From: an uncultured Bacilli bacterium
Lineage (GTDB): Bacteria; Bacillota_I; Bacilli_A; RF39; UBA660
Assembly: GCA_947629265.1 (NCBI GenBank)
Contig: CANRCZ010000008.1
Location: 14,751-46,750, forward strand
DNA: 32,000 bases
Direction: 5' to 3'
Positions 16,183 through 24,087 of this stretch are shown here, piece after piece; the first letter of the stretch is position 1; each line of letters begins with the position of its first letter. A program made the translations under genes and the position numbers. A model generated the notes under the pieces. That model was not told the origin of the DNA. It saw only the letters and a program-made list of their open reading frames with translations, and searched no databases.

Positions 16183-17187
16183 TTCCTTTATTTGAATAGC
16201 ATCTATCTCTTGATTTAATATACCAGCATATCCATTAGTAGCATCATCAGTTTTATAGCCACTTACCCATGGAAGCCATCTTTTGCGCTTCCTTAAATGA
16301 ACCCGATATTTCAGCTTCTTACTAGTTGATTTAATCATAAAACCATCGATCGGTTTATTATAAATACCCGCATAATCACTACGATTTTTAACCTCTGGTA
16401 ACCATTTACCACCTTTATAATGAACTCTATAAAATAAATCACCACTGTTGCTACTAGCATAAATACAACAAATATCGTGATTAAATATACCCGCATAATC
16501 ACTATCGTTAACCACATTAGGTAACCATTTATTTTTTATATCATCCCATACTTGATAAGTAATCATATAATCATCGGTTCGATCACTATCGATTAGCTTA
16601 TTAGCGATATCACCATCAAATCTTTTACCGTTGATTTTAGCATTATTAGTGTTTTGCCAGATACTATAATCTTTTTTATAAGTACATTTATCACCCCACT
16701 GAGCTACCCACTTATCAAAACGATCTAACCTATCAGAATTTAACTGATTATTTAACCAACTTAAACTAGCATATATACCAGTATGATAACCTTGACTTTC
16801 TAACATATCACAAAAAGTATAACAGATATCAACTAAAACACTATCACTAGGCATGCCATTTTTAGCTTTATACCCATCACCATCTTCCATATCAAACCAT
16901 ACACCATATTTAAAATTTTTACCTACTTGTTTTAATAATCTTAACGCATGACGAGCTTCACTTAAAGCATCATTCGTATTTAAAGCATAGCTATAAAGGT
17001 AGATACCATAAGGAATACCTAATTTTTCACATTTATCGACGTTGTTTTTATACTGCTTATCATCTTGTGATACCTCATCATTACCATAACCACATCTGAT
17101 AATAACAAACTCGTATCCACTTGCTAAAACGTCATCAAAATTAACGACACCATTATTCGATGATACATCGATACCCTTTTTATTCAT
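16177..17187 (-). CDS. GH25 muramidase (lysozyme) with three C-terminal ChW-like repeats
   Basis: 336 aa. The N-terminus KGIDVSSNNGVVNFDDVLASGYEFVIIRCGYG ... GIPYGIYLYSYA is typical of GH25. The C-terminal repeats are WLPNVVNDSDYAGIFNHDI, YRVHYKGGKWLPEVKNRSDYAGIYNKPIDGFMIK and YRVHLRKRKRWLPWVSG..NGYAGILNQEIDAIQIK. No signal peptide. Confidence 0.8.
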   Translation of the reverse strand: MNKKGIDVSSNNGVVNFDDVLASGYEFVIIRCGYGNDEVSQDDKQYKNNVDKCEKLGIPYGIYLYSYALNTNDALSEARHALRLLKQVGKNFKYGVWFDMEDGDGYKAKNGMPSDSVLVDICYTFCDMLESQGYHTGIYASLSWLNNQLNSDRLDRFDKWVAQWGDKCTYKKDYSIWQNTNNAKINGKRFDGDIANKLIDSDRTDDYMITYQVWDDIKNKWLPNVVNDSDYAGIFNHDICCIYASSNSGDLFYRVHYKGGKWLPEVKNRSDYAGIYNKPIDGFMIKSTSKKLKYRVHLRKRKRWLPWVSGYKTDDATNGYAGILNQEIDAIQIKES

Positions 17188-17280
17188 AAATCACCCCCTA
17201 TTGTTACATTACTATATGAGGATGATATAATCATAGATAATCTTTTTGTTTAAAAAAAGAATATTGTTTTATGAATATTC

Positions 17281-18870
17281 TTAATTACTAAATTTTTCAA
17301 GATATTCTTGATAACTCATCTGTTTATCACGTAATTTACCATCTTCTTTAATTTCGATTAGACGATTACTTACACTTTCGATTAATTCTTGGTCGAAACT
17401 AGCGAAAATTAAAGCTCCTTTATATTTTTCTAACCCTAAATTTAAGGAATTGATCGACTCGATATCTAAGTGATTAGTTGGTTCATCTAGTATTAAAACG
17501 TTACCTTGTTCTAACATCAGTTTACAAAACATTAATCTAACTTTTTCACCACCTGATAAAACGTGAATGTTTTTAAGTACCTCTTCTCCACTAAACAACA
17601 TTCTACCTAAAAAACCTCTAACGAAACTATCTTCTTGGTTAGTTGAGTAATCTTTTAAAAATTCGACTAAATTAACGTCTTTATTAAAATATTCATCGTG
17701 GTTTTTAGCGAAATAACCGATATTGACAGTTGAACCATATGTAACAGTTCCACTATCTGGTTTTAAATCACCAGCGATAATTCTTAAGAGGATGGTCTTT
17801 TCGATTTCGTTAGAACCTATTAAAGCGATCTTATCATCTGGTCTTATGGTTAAGTTGATATTATCTAATACTTTTTTACCATTTAAGCTATAGCTTACGT
17901 TATTTAAACTGATAACCTCTTTACCTAATGGTTTAGCGATTTCAAAGTTGATATATGGGTACTTTCTAGATGATGGTTTAATTTCATCTAAGACGATTTT
18001 ATCTAATAATTTTTTTCTGGATGTAGCTTGTTTTGATTTAGATGCATTAGCGCTGAAGCGAGCGATAAAATCTTGTAACTCTTTAATTTTTTCTTCTTTT
18101 CTTTTATTAGAATCTTTCATCTGCTTTTGAATAAGTTCACTTGATTTGAACCAGAAATCATAGTTACCGATAAATAAAGTGATTTTTTCGTAATCGATAT
18201 CGACGATATGTGTACATACTTTATTTAAAAAATGGCGATCGTGAGATACGACTAAAACGGTATTTTTAAAGTTGATTAAAAATTCTTCTAACCACATTTT
18301 GCTTTTAATATCTAGTCCATTAGTTGGTTCATCTAGTAATAGAATGTCAGGTTCACCAAATAGGGCTCTAGCTAATAAGACTTTAACTTTTTCTTTATCG
18401 GTTAATTCACCCATCAATTTATCTTCATAGCTGGTATCTAGACCTAAACCTGCTAATAAAATATTAGCGTCACTATAAGCTTGCCAACCGTTTAATTCAC
18501 TAAAACGAGCTTCTAATTCCCCTACTTTAATACCATCTTCTTCGGTAAAATCGGGTTTCATATATAGGGCATCTTTTTCTTTCATGATATTATATAATTC
18601 ACTATTTCCTTGTAAAACGGTATCCATAACGGTATATTCATTAAATTCGTTATGATTTTGTTTAAGGGAAGATATTCTTTCACCTTTACCGATAGTTATA
18701 TCGCCTTTAGTTGTTTCGATTTCACCACATAATAATTTTAAAAATGTTGATTTACCAGCTCCATTAGCGCCGATAATTCCATAACAGTTATCGTCTTTAA
18801 ATTCTAGATTGACATCTTTAAATAAGGTTCTCGTATTGAATTTTAAACTGACATTATTAACTTTTAACAT
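17281..18870 (-). CDS. ABC-F family ATPase (two NBDs, no TM domain) with one degenerate composite ATP site
   Basis: I moved the start to the ATG at 18870 (MLKVNN...; SD GAGGTGA). NBD1 has Walker A GANGAGKST and Walker B LLLDEPTNGLD. NBD2 has signature LSGGEKVRL and Walker B LILDEPTNHLD. The NBD1 signature is LTDKEK (18388-18405) and the NBD2 Walker A is GSNEIEKT (17794-17817). Confidence 0.85.
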   Translation of the reverse strand: MLKVNNVSLKFNTRTLFKDVNLEFKDDNCYGIIGANGAGKSTFLKLLCGEIETTKGDITIGKGERISSLKQNHNEFNEYTVMDTVLQGNSELYNIMKEKDALYMKPDFTEEDGIKVGELEARFSELNGWQAYSDANILLAGLGLDTSYEDKLMGELTDKEKVKVLLARALFGEPDILLLDEPTNGLDIKSKMWLEEFLINFKNTVLVVSHDRHFLNKVCTHIVDIDYEKITLFIGNYDFWFKSSELIQKQMKDSNKRKEEKIKELQDFIARFSANASKSKQATSRKKLLDKIVLDEIKPSSRKYPYINFEIAKPLGKEVISLNNVSYSLNGKKVLDNINLTIRPDDKIALIGSNEIEKTILLRIIAGDLKPDSGTVTYGSTVNIGYFAKNHDEYFNKDVNLVEFLKDYSTNQEDSFVRGFLGRMLFSGEEVLKNIHVLSGGEKVRLMFCKLMLEQGNVLILDEPTNHLDIESINSLNLGLEKYKGALIFASFDQELIESVSNRLIEIKEDGKLRDKQMSYQEYLEKFSN

Positions 18871-18881
18871 TGTAATCACCT

Positions 18882-18911
18882 CAAAAATAAAACCCTTGAA
18901 AAATCAAGGGA
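18882..18911 (-). terminator. Rho-independent terminator directly after tRNA-Ile and about 12 nt before the ABC-F SD
   Basis: Stem cccttga (18893-18899) / tcaaggg (18904-18910), followed by TTTTATTTTT on the minus strand. Confidence 0.65.
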
Positions 18912-18922
18912 TAATTACTCTA

Positions 18923-18999
<77 letters not shown>

Positions 19000-19021
19000 A
19001 TAAAGTACTTATGACTATTCA

Positions 19022-19050
19022 AGTATACAATAATTTTTGCATTTTGACAA
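19022..19050 (-). promoter_or_regulatory. Promoter for tRNA-Ile
   Basis: The minus strand reads TTGTCA (19045-19050), a 17-nt spacer, then TATACT (19022-19027). Confidence 0.55.
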
Positions 19051-19121
19051 GTCTTTTTATCAATTTTTATTTATTTTTATATAATTATTATATGCTTAGT
19101 CAGTAAATAAGTACTAAATTT

Positions 19122-20774
19122 CTATATTTTTACCTCTTGAACGACGATCAAAATCATTGGTCGACATTCTGTTTCTTTGTATAAATACTTTCCTAATTTA
19201 TCTCTGATACCTAGTTTTATTTTATTAAAATCGATGTAATTATTTTTGATATTTTCGTTGATAACCTCTAATGATATTTTAGAAGCTTCTTTGATAAGAT
19301 CTAAGTTATCTTTTACGTAAATAAAACCACGGGTTAATATTTCTGGACCAGCGACGATCTTTTTAGATGCACTATCGATACTAGCGCTTACAATAACGAT
19401 ACCGTTATCACTTAGTAGTTCTCTATCTTTAACGACGACACTACTTATATCACCGACAACTTTACCATCGACAAGGATATCATCAACTTTTATTCTTTCG
19501 GTAGTTTTCATGAGTTTTCCATCTTTAAAGGCAACAACTTGTCCATTTAGTTTTAAGATGATATTTTCTTCTTTATAACCTAGTTTCATAATGCAGTTTT
19601 TGTTTTCAACTTGATGACGGAATTCACCGATAACGGGCATATAATATTTAGGGTTCATTAGATTGGTCATCATCATTAAGTCTTCTTTAGAAGCGTGAGA
19701 ACCTAAATATTTTTTACTAGATAAAATAACGACATTAGCGCCTATTTTAGCTACCTCATCGTATATAGCGGTCGCTCTTTTTTCCATTCCCTCGTATACT
19801 TGGGAAGCAAAGATCAAGGTATCATTTTCGTTTATTTTAATAAATTTATCGTAACCTCTAACGATACGTTGCATGTTAGAAAATGGTTTTTCTCTTTCAT
19901 CGGATATAAGGACGATAATATTTTTATCGTTTATATGTTGTAATGATAATATATTTTTAGGGTTAAAATTGATATATTTCATATCGATAGCTTTTAAAAC
20001 CATGTTTTCTAATCTTTTACCTAAAATAACGACTTTTCTTTTAGTCTCTTTAATTTGGGTTAATATCTCTTGTAATCTTGAAAATTGTGTTTGAAAGATA
20101 TTAATTAAGATACGACCCTCAACTAAGTCTAAATTTTCTCTAATAACACTTGATATACGATTATTAGGGGCTGTATAACCTACTTTATCAGCATATTTTG
20201 ACTCGCTTAGCAAACATAAAACACCTTGTTTTCCAACGTATGCAAGTTTGCCAATATCCATTTTGTAAGCTCCTTGCATCGCTTGATCAAAGACAAAGTT
20301 ACCAGTATAGACGATTGCACCATCGACAGTATTGACAACATATCCAACGTTTCTTGGTGTTGAATGGGTTAAGGATATTGGGAAAATACTATTGTTTCCA
20401 AATTTTATATTACGATGGGGTTCGATGACATGAAGATTGGTCGCTTTTACGTTTTCATCCGCTAATTCGTATTTTAATAGTTCGATCGTAAAATCGGTTC
20501 CGTATATATCTAAATCAGGCATCTCTTTTAATATATCAGGTAAAGCTCCCATCTGTTCATCGTGACCATGGGTTATGAAGATACCTTTTACTCGTTTACG
20601 GTTTTCTTTGATATAGTCAAAGTTAGGAATAATATAATCGATACCTAACATTTTGTCATCGGGATATTTTAATCCAGCATCGAAAACGAAGATATCTTTA
20701 TCGACCTCGACAACGTACATATTTTTTCCGTCTTCATTTAAACCACCTAAGGCAAAGATTTTTATTTTAGCCAT
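19122..20774 (-). CDS. rnj: Ribonuclease J family protein, J2-like (metallo-beta-lactamase/beta-CASP fold with substituted metal ligands)
   Basis: 550 aa, collinear with Bacillus RNase J1 as I recall it (N-terminus IFALGGLNEDGKNMYVVE, C-terminus RPMILIVVQEV). The HxHxDH motif reads HGHDEQ (20554-20571), TGDF reads TGNF and MPIHGE reads MPVIGE. Confidence 0.85.
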   Translation of the reverse strand: MAKIKIFALGGLNEDGKNMYVVEVDKDIFVFDAGLKYPDDKMLGIDYIIPNFDYIKENRKRVKGIFITHGHDEQMGALPDILKEMPDLDIYGTDFTIELLKYELADENVKATNLHVIEPHRNIKFGNNSIFPISLTHSTPRNVGYVVNTVDGAIVYTGNFVFDQAMQGAYKMDIGKLAYVGKQGVLCLLSESKYADKVGYTAPNNRISSVIRENLDLVEGRILINIFQTQFSRLQEILTQIKETKRKVVILGKRLENMVLKAIDMKYINFNPKNILSLQHINDKNIIVLISDEREKPFSNMQRIVRGYDKFIKINENDTLIFASQVYEGMEKRATAIYDEVAKIGANVVILSSKKYLGSHASKEDLMMMTNLMNPKYYMPVIGEFRHQVENKNCIMKLGYKEENIILKLNGQVVAFKDGKLMKTTERIKVDDILVDGKVVGDISSVVVKDRELLSDNGIVIVSASIDSASKKIVAGPEILTRGFIYVKDNLDLIKEASKISLEVINENIKNNYIDFNKIKLGIRDKLGKYLYKETECRPMILIVVQEVKI

Positions 20775-20803
20775 GTTACCCTCCTTTCTTTTTTAGCTCA
20801 TTA

Positions 20804-20832
20804 ATTATACCATTATTTAGTCTTAAGTTCAA
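20804..20832 (-). promoter_or_regulatory. Promoter for the RNase J gene
   Basis: The minus strand reads TTGAAC (20827-20832), a 17-nt spacer, then TATAAT (20804-20809) preceded by TGg. Confidence 0.55.
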
Positions 20833-20836
20833 TATT

Positions 20837-21445
20837 TTATTTAACCTTATAGAATTTGTTTAGGAATTTAGCGAATTCAAAAACGATAATATTGTTTTTA
20901 TTGATAGCGAAACTTTTACCTATGGCTTTACCACCGATAGTAAGGCTAGCGACTAAGGCTGTAATAATCAAACTTATAAAGAAAATATTGATATTTAATA
21001 TACTAGCGATATTGCTAGCGACGATCGTACTAGCGGTACCGGATATAATACCACATATATCACCGATAACGTCACAACAGAACGATGATACTTTATCAGC
21101 GTTTTTGATTAGTTTAACTGATAGTTTGGCGCCATATACTTTTCTAGATGCCATCGAATTAAAAGGTATTAAGTCACAACTGGTCATAGCGACACCGATG
21201 ATATCGAACATGATACCGATTAAAATAAAAATGATAACGATGATAATTCCTATGATGGTATTCACGTTTGGTAAGATAGTTTCTGATAGACTAGAAAATA
21301 CTAGTGATATGATAAAGGTTAAAAGAACGATCTTTAAAAACCATGGTATTTCAACTTTTTTTCTTAGTTTTTTGTCTCTATTTTTGGTTAAGGTAATCAA
21401 ATTTTTAAGTTCATCTTTTACTTCTTGTTTTTCTTCTTTTCTCAT
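20837..21445 (-). CDS. oapA: OLE-associated protein A-like small membrane protein
   Basis: I moved the start to the ATG at 21445 (MRKEEK...; SD AGGTGGTG). About 202 aa with four predicted TM helices and the motif CCDVIGDICG (DxxxD). It lies immediately downstream of, and co-oriented with, a roughly 545-nt structured non-coding region. Confidence 0.6.
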   Translation of the reverse strand: MRKEEKQEVKDELKNLITLTKNRDKKLRKKVEIPWFLKIVLLTFIISLVFSSLSETILPNVNTIIGIIIVIIFILIGIMFDIIGVAMTSCDLIPFNSMASRKVYGAKLSVKLIKNADKVSSFCCDVIGDICGIISGTASTIVASNIASILNINIFFISLIITALVASLTIGGKAIGKSFAINKNNIIVFEFAKFLNKFYKVK

Positions 21446-21483
21446 TGTCACCACCTGGATTTAGAACTTATATGTGTTTATAC

Positions 21484-21509
21484 AAAAAAAGAAATTGGCT
21501 ACCAATTTA
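21484..21509 (-). terminator. Hairpin terminator/attenuator at the 3' end of the large ncRNA, upstream of oapA
   Basis: The minus strand reads aaattgg-tag-ccaattt followed by CTTTTTTT (stem at 21492-21498 / 21502-21508). Confidence 0.55.
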
Positions 21510-22028
21510 GTTAACTTTACGCCTTAGGTCAAGTAGAATTTCTCTAGCTTTTACATCACGTTACCATGATTGCGGTTCCCCTTTAAAAAAGCTAATACGA
21601 TGTATCTATAATTTGGATATATCAGTATCACTTGATCGCCACTTAGTACGTACTGCAATCCTAAAAAGGTTTCACTCTAGGAGATTTCCCCACCATTATA
21701 TCTATTATTAGTTCTTTTTTGCAGATAGCGTTTCAAATTGCAATAGCTGTAAACTTTAAGGCCTTAAAGTTTATAACCTGATCAATTATCCCCACTATCC
21801 ACGCAAGACAAGCTATCTACTTAAAAGTAGCAATCTAAAAAAATTTAGGTTATAAATACTGGAACAATGTTCGTATGCCGTTACGGTTGCCCAGCATTCT
21901 ACCTCTTAATATACACCCCAAACTGGGCGTAAGAAGCATATATCAAGAGTTGTATAGGTATGCTTTTAACGGATTTTTAGCCCCGTCTTCCTAATAGATA
22001 TCAATGACTAGAATAATGTGCCAATTCT
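21484..22028 (-). ncRNA. ole: Large structured ncRNA, probable OLE (ornate, large, extremophilic) RNA
   Basis: About 545 nt with no ORF and visibly higher GC than its surroundings. A near-consensus promoter lies upstream, a terminator lies at the 3' end and the oapA-like gene follows directly. Many local helices are present, e.g. aagcata..tatgctt, aactttaa-ggcc-ttaaagtt, ctac-ttttaa-gtag. Not verified against a covariance model. Confidence 0.6.
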
Positions 22029-22034
22029 TGATTA

Positions 22035-22063
22035 ATTATACCAAATTTTTTTGATTTGGTCAA
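22035..22063 (-). promoter_or_regulatory. Near-consensus promoter of the large ncRNA
   Basis: The minus strand reads TTGACC (22058-22063), a 17-nt spacer, then TATAAT (22035-22040) preceded by TGg. Confidence 0.6.
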
Positions 22064-22158
22064 TTGATTATATGCAAGTTTTAATTAAGTTAATACAGTT
22101 TAAAAAATATGAAATATTAGTTTATTAAAAATAATAAATTTTGTTATATTACTTTTGA

Positions 22159-22728
22159 TTACATATTTTTGATGTATTGAAACGTTTCAGTATCGACAAA
22201 TTCTGAAACATTTTTATTATCTTTTTCCATTTTCTTTATATCGATAGCTTTATATAATGTTTCATCTAATGGTGGTAAAACTTGTGCTAGATAGTTATGA
22301 TCGTAATCTTTTTCATTATTAATTTTATTTTTATATTGTTCTTTTATTTTTCTAAATTTGCCACTTTCATCATAAAGAATAGTAGATTTTTTAATAAAAT
22401 CACGTCTTAATACGTCTGATGGGTTTAAATCCATATGTGTGTATTTGCTATCTGTATCTGAATATAAGCATATTTTAACTCCATAGTCAGCGATATTTTC
22501 TTTTGATTGGTATGATAAGTTGTATTTTTTAAGTTGTTCATCATAGTCATCGTTGATATCTCTTACTATGGTAATATCTATAACACCACTATCGGTATTA
22601 TCTAAATTAACAAAAGGTGTAAAATAGATACATTTAACATTTTCATCCTTTTTAAATTCAAATATTAATCTTGCTAGTTCGTCACATAATTTATCTCTTT
22701 GTTTTTCAGTTATATTTATAGTTTGCAT
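22159..22728 (-). CDS. Hypothetical 189-aa protein, last gene of the cassette (weak, degenerate nucleotidyltransferase-fold resemblance)
   Basis: SD AGGAGG. The segment VKCIYFTPFVNLDNTDSGVIDITIV loosely resembles the hhhFGS..RG....SDhDhhh strand-turn of minimal NTases. However, GS and the second Asp are not conserved, so function is unassigned. Confidence 0.6.
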   Translation of the reverse strand: MQTINITEKQRDKLCDELARLIFEFKKDENVKCIYFTPFVNLDNTDSGVIDITIVRDINDDYDEQLKKYNLSYQSKENIADYGVKICLYSDTDSKYTHMDLNPSDVLRRDFIKKSTILYDESGKFRKIKEQYKNKINNEKDYDHNYLAQVLPPLDETLYKAIDIKKMEKDNKNVSEFVDTETFQYIKNM

Positions 22729-22772
22729 TTTTATACCTCCTAATTAACTATAGTTATATCATTTTTTAAATC

Positions 22773-23993
22773 TTATCTATGTTTAATATTGATTTTATGA
22801 TCAATAAAGTTTAATTGTTCATATGGAACATATATTACTTTACCCCCTTTTGGATTAATTTTTCCTTTGTTAAAAACAATCCAAATAACGTTCATAGGAA
22901 TATTAGGCATACTTGCATACCCATCAGTAAATATTATTTTGTTTTCTACTCTTCTACTAAAGGAGTTGACTGCTACATTAAAGTCAGTTCCTCCACGACC
23001 TTTAAATACTATATTGTCAATATCTTCTTCGGTTCTTATTTCCTGAAAGCCATAAAATTCTGTATCAAAACACCCGACTTTTAATTTTGAATATTTTAAA
23101 ATATTTTTACATTCTCTTAAAAAGTTTCTTAATAATTGATCATTTATAGATTCACTCGTATCTAATAAAATTTCTGTTTCTGTCATTGGTCGTTCTTCTA
23201 AGTTAGCGATTACAACACCATCTTCAATGTAAGCATTTTTGTAAGACCAATCAACATCGTATTGGATTGTCTCTCTTAAAACGTATCTCCAATCAATTAT
23301 CGGTTTTGCTTTTCCTATCTCATATATAATTCTTTGTTCACTATTAGTATATACTCCAGCTTTTGTTACCTGTTCAGATAAAATTTGCTTTAAAGCTTTT
23401 AAATTTTCCTTTTTTTCTTCTAAATTCTTATTAAAAGCACATTGCTCTCCCATCTTACTAATTTTATCTATTTCTTGTTGTAATTCATCAGATTGAGATT
23501 CTTCTTTTAACCTTTTTACTGCATCCTGCCACATACTATGAGTATCATAATCCTCATCATATTTTTGTTCATCAGAAAAACCATATTCTTGATTTTGTTG
23601 TTTTTCTTTAAATAATTTATCATATAATTGTTCTGAATTGTAATTTATTGCTTCTTCGATATCTACGTTACCTTTAGGGATTTTCAAACCATCTCGTTTT
23701 AAAAATTGGTTTATTACAGCATCTGTTGCTATATTCCAAAGTTTAAGATCTTTATTTTCGCTTCTTAATATATGATTGAATGCTATATGGCATACCTCAT
23801 GAGTGATGAAAAAAATTTGCTCATCTAGTTTAAGTTTTTTTAAAGATTCCGGATTATAATATATCGTTTTACCATCAGTAGCTGCTGTTTTTGTTTCTCT
23901 ATCTTCTTTATAGTTTACATTTGCTAATACACTTCCAAAGAAAGGATATTTTACAAGCATTTTTCTTTTTATTGATTCAATATCAAAATTCAT
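22773..23993 (-). CDS. Zn-metallopeptidase-like (HExxH) N-domain fused to a VWA-like domain (DUF2201/COG3864-type)
   Basis: 406 aa. N-terminal region: YPFFGSVLANV...TAATDGKTIYYNP...FFITHEVCHIAFNH (HExxH at 23787-23804) ...WNIATDAVINQ. C-terminal region: ILLDTSESI (MIDAS-like DxSxS) ... GRGGTDFNVAV ... IIFTDGYA. Confidence 0.8.
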   Translation of the reverse strand: MNFDIESIKRKMLVKYPFFGSVLANVNYKEDRETKTAATDGKTIYYNPESLKKLKLDEQIFFITHEVCHIAFNHILRSENKDLKLWNIATDAVINQFLKRDGLKIPKGNVDIEEAINYNSEQLYDKLFKEKQQNQEYGFSDEQKYDEDYDTHSMWQDAVKRLKEESQSDELQQEIDKISKMGEQCAFNKNLEEKKENLKALKQILSEQVTKAGVYTNSEQRIIYEIGKAKPIIDWRYVLRETIQYDVDWSYKNAYIEDGVVIANLEERPMTETEILLDTSESINDQLLRNFLRECKNILKYSKLKVGCFDTEFYGFQEIRTEEDIDNIVFKGRGGTDFNVAVNSFSRRVENKIIFTDGYASMPNIPMNVIWIVFNKGKINPKGGKVIYVPYEQLNFIDHKINIKHR

Positions 23994-24087
23994 AGTTTAC
24001 TCCTCAAAACAGATTTTGAAACATTAGTATCAGGTGAAAACTCTATAATGATAGGTGCAACAATTGAAACATATTTTTTTAATATGT

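Noticed and set aside
20856-21464. 202-aa plus-strand ORF
   Set aside because: It is a mirror-image shadow ORF of the oapA-like gene. It has a low-complexity hydrophobic translation and no SD. The minus-strand frame has the SD, the TM pattern and the DxxxD motif.
21484-22028. Alternative identities for the large ncRNA: RNase P RNA, tmRNA, group II intron
   Set aside because: There is no GAGGAAAGTCC-type P4 strand and no ACAGAA..GGCTTA 3' element. There is no tRNA-like GGTTCGA..CCACCA end or alanine-rich tag ORF. There is no GTGCG 5' end, no convincing domain V hairpin and no reverse-transcriptase ORF. The oapA-like neighbour favours OLE, though this is unverified.
22159-22728. Calling the 189-aa protein a nucleotidyltransferase
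   Set aside because: Only a loose strand-turn-strand resemblance exists. The GS and DxD catalytic signatures are not conserved (FTP ... IDIT), so I left the function unassigned.
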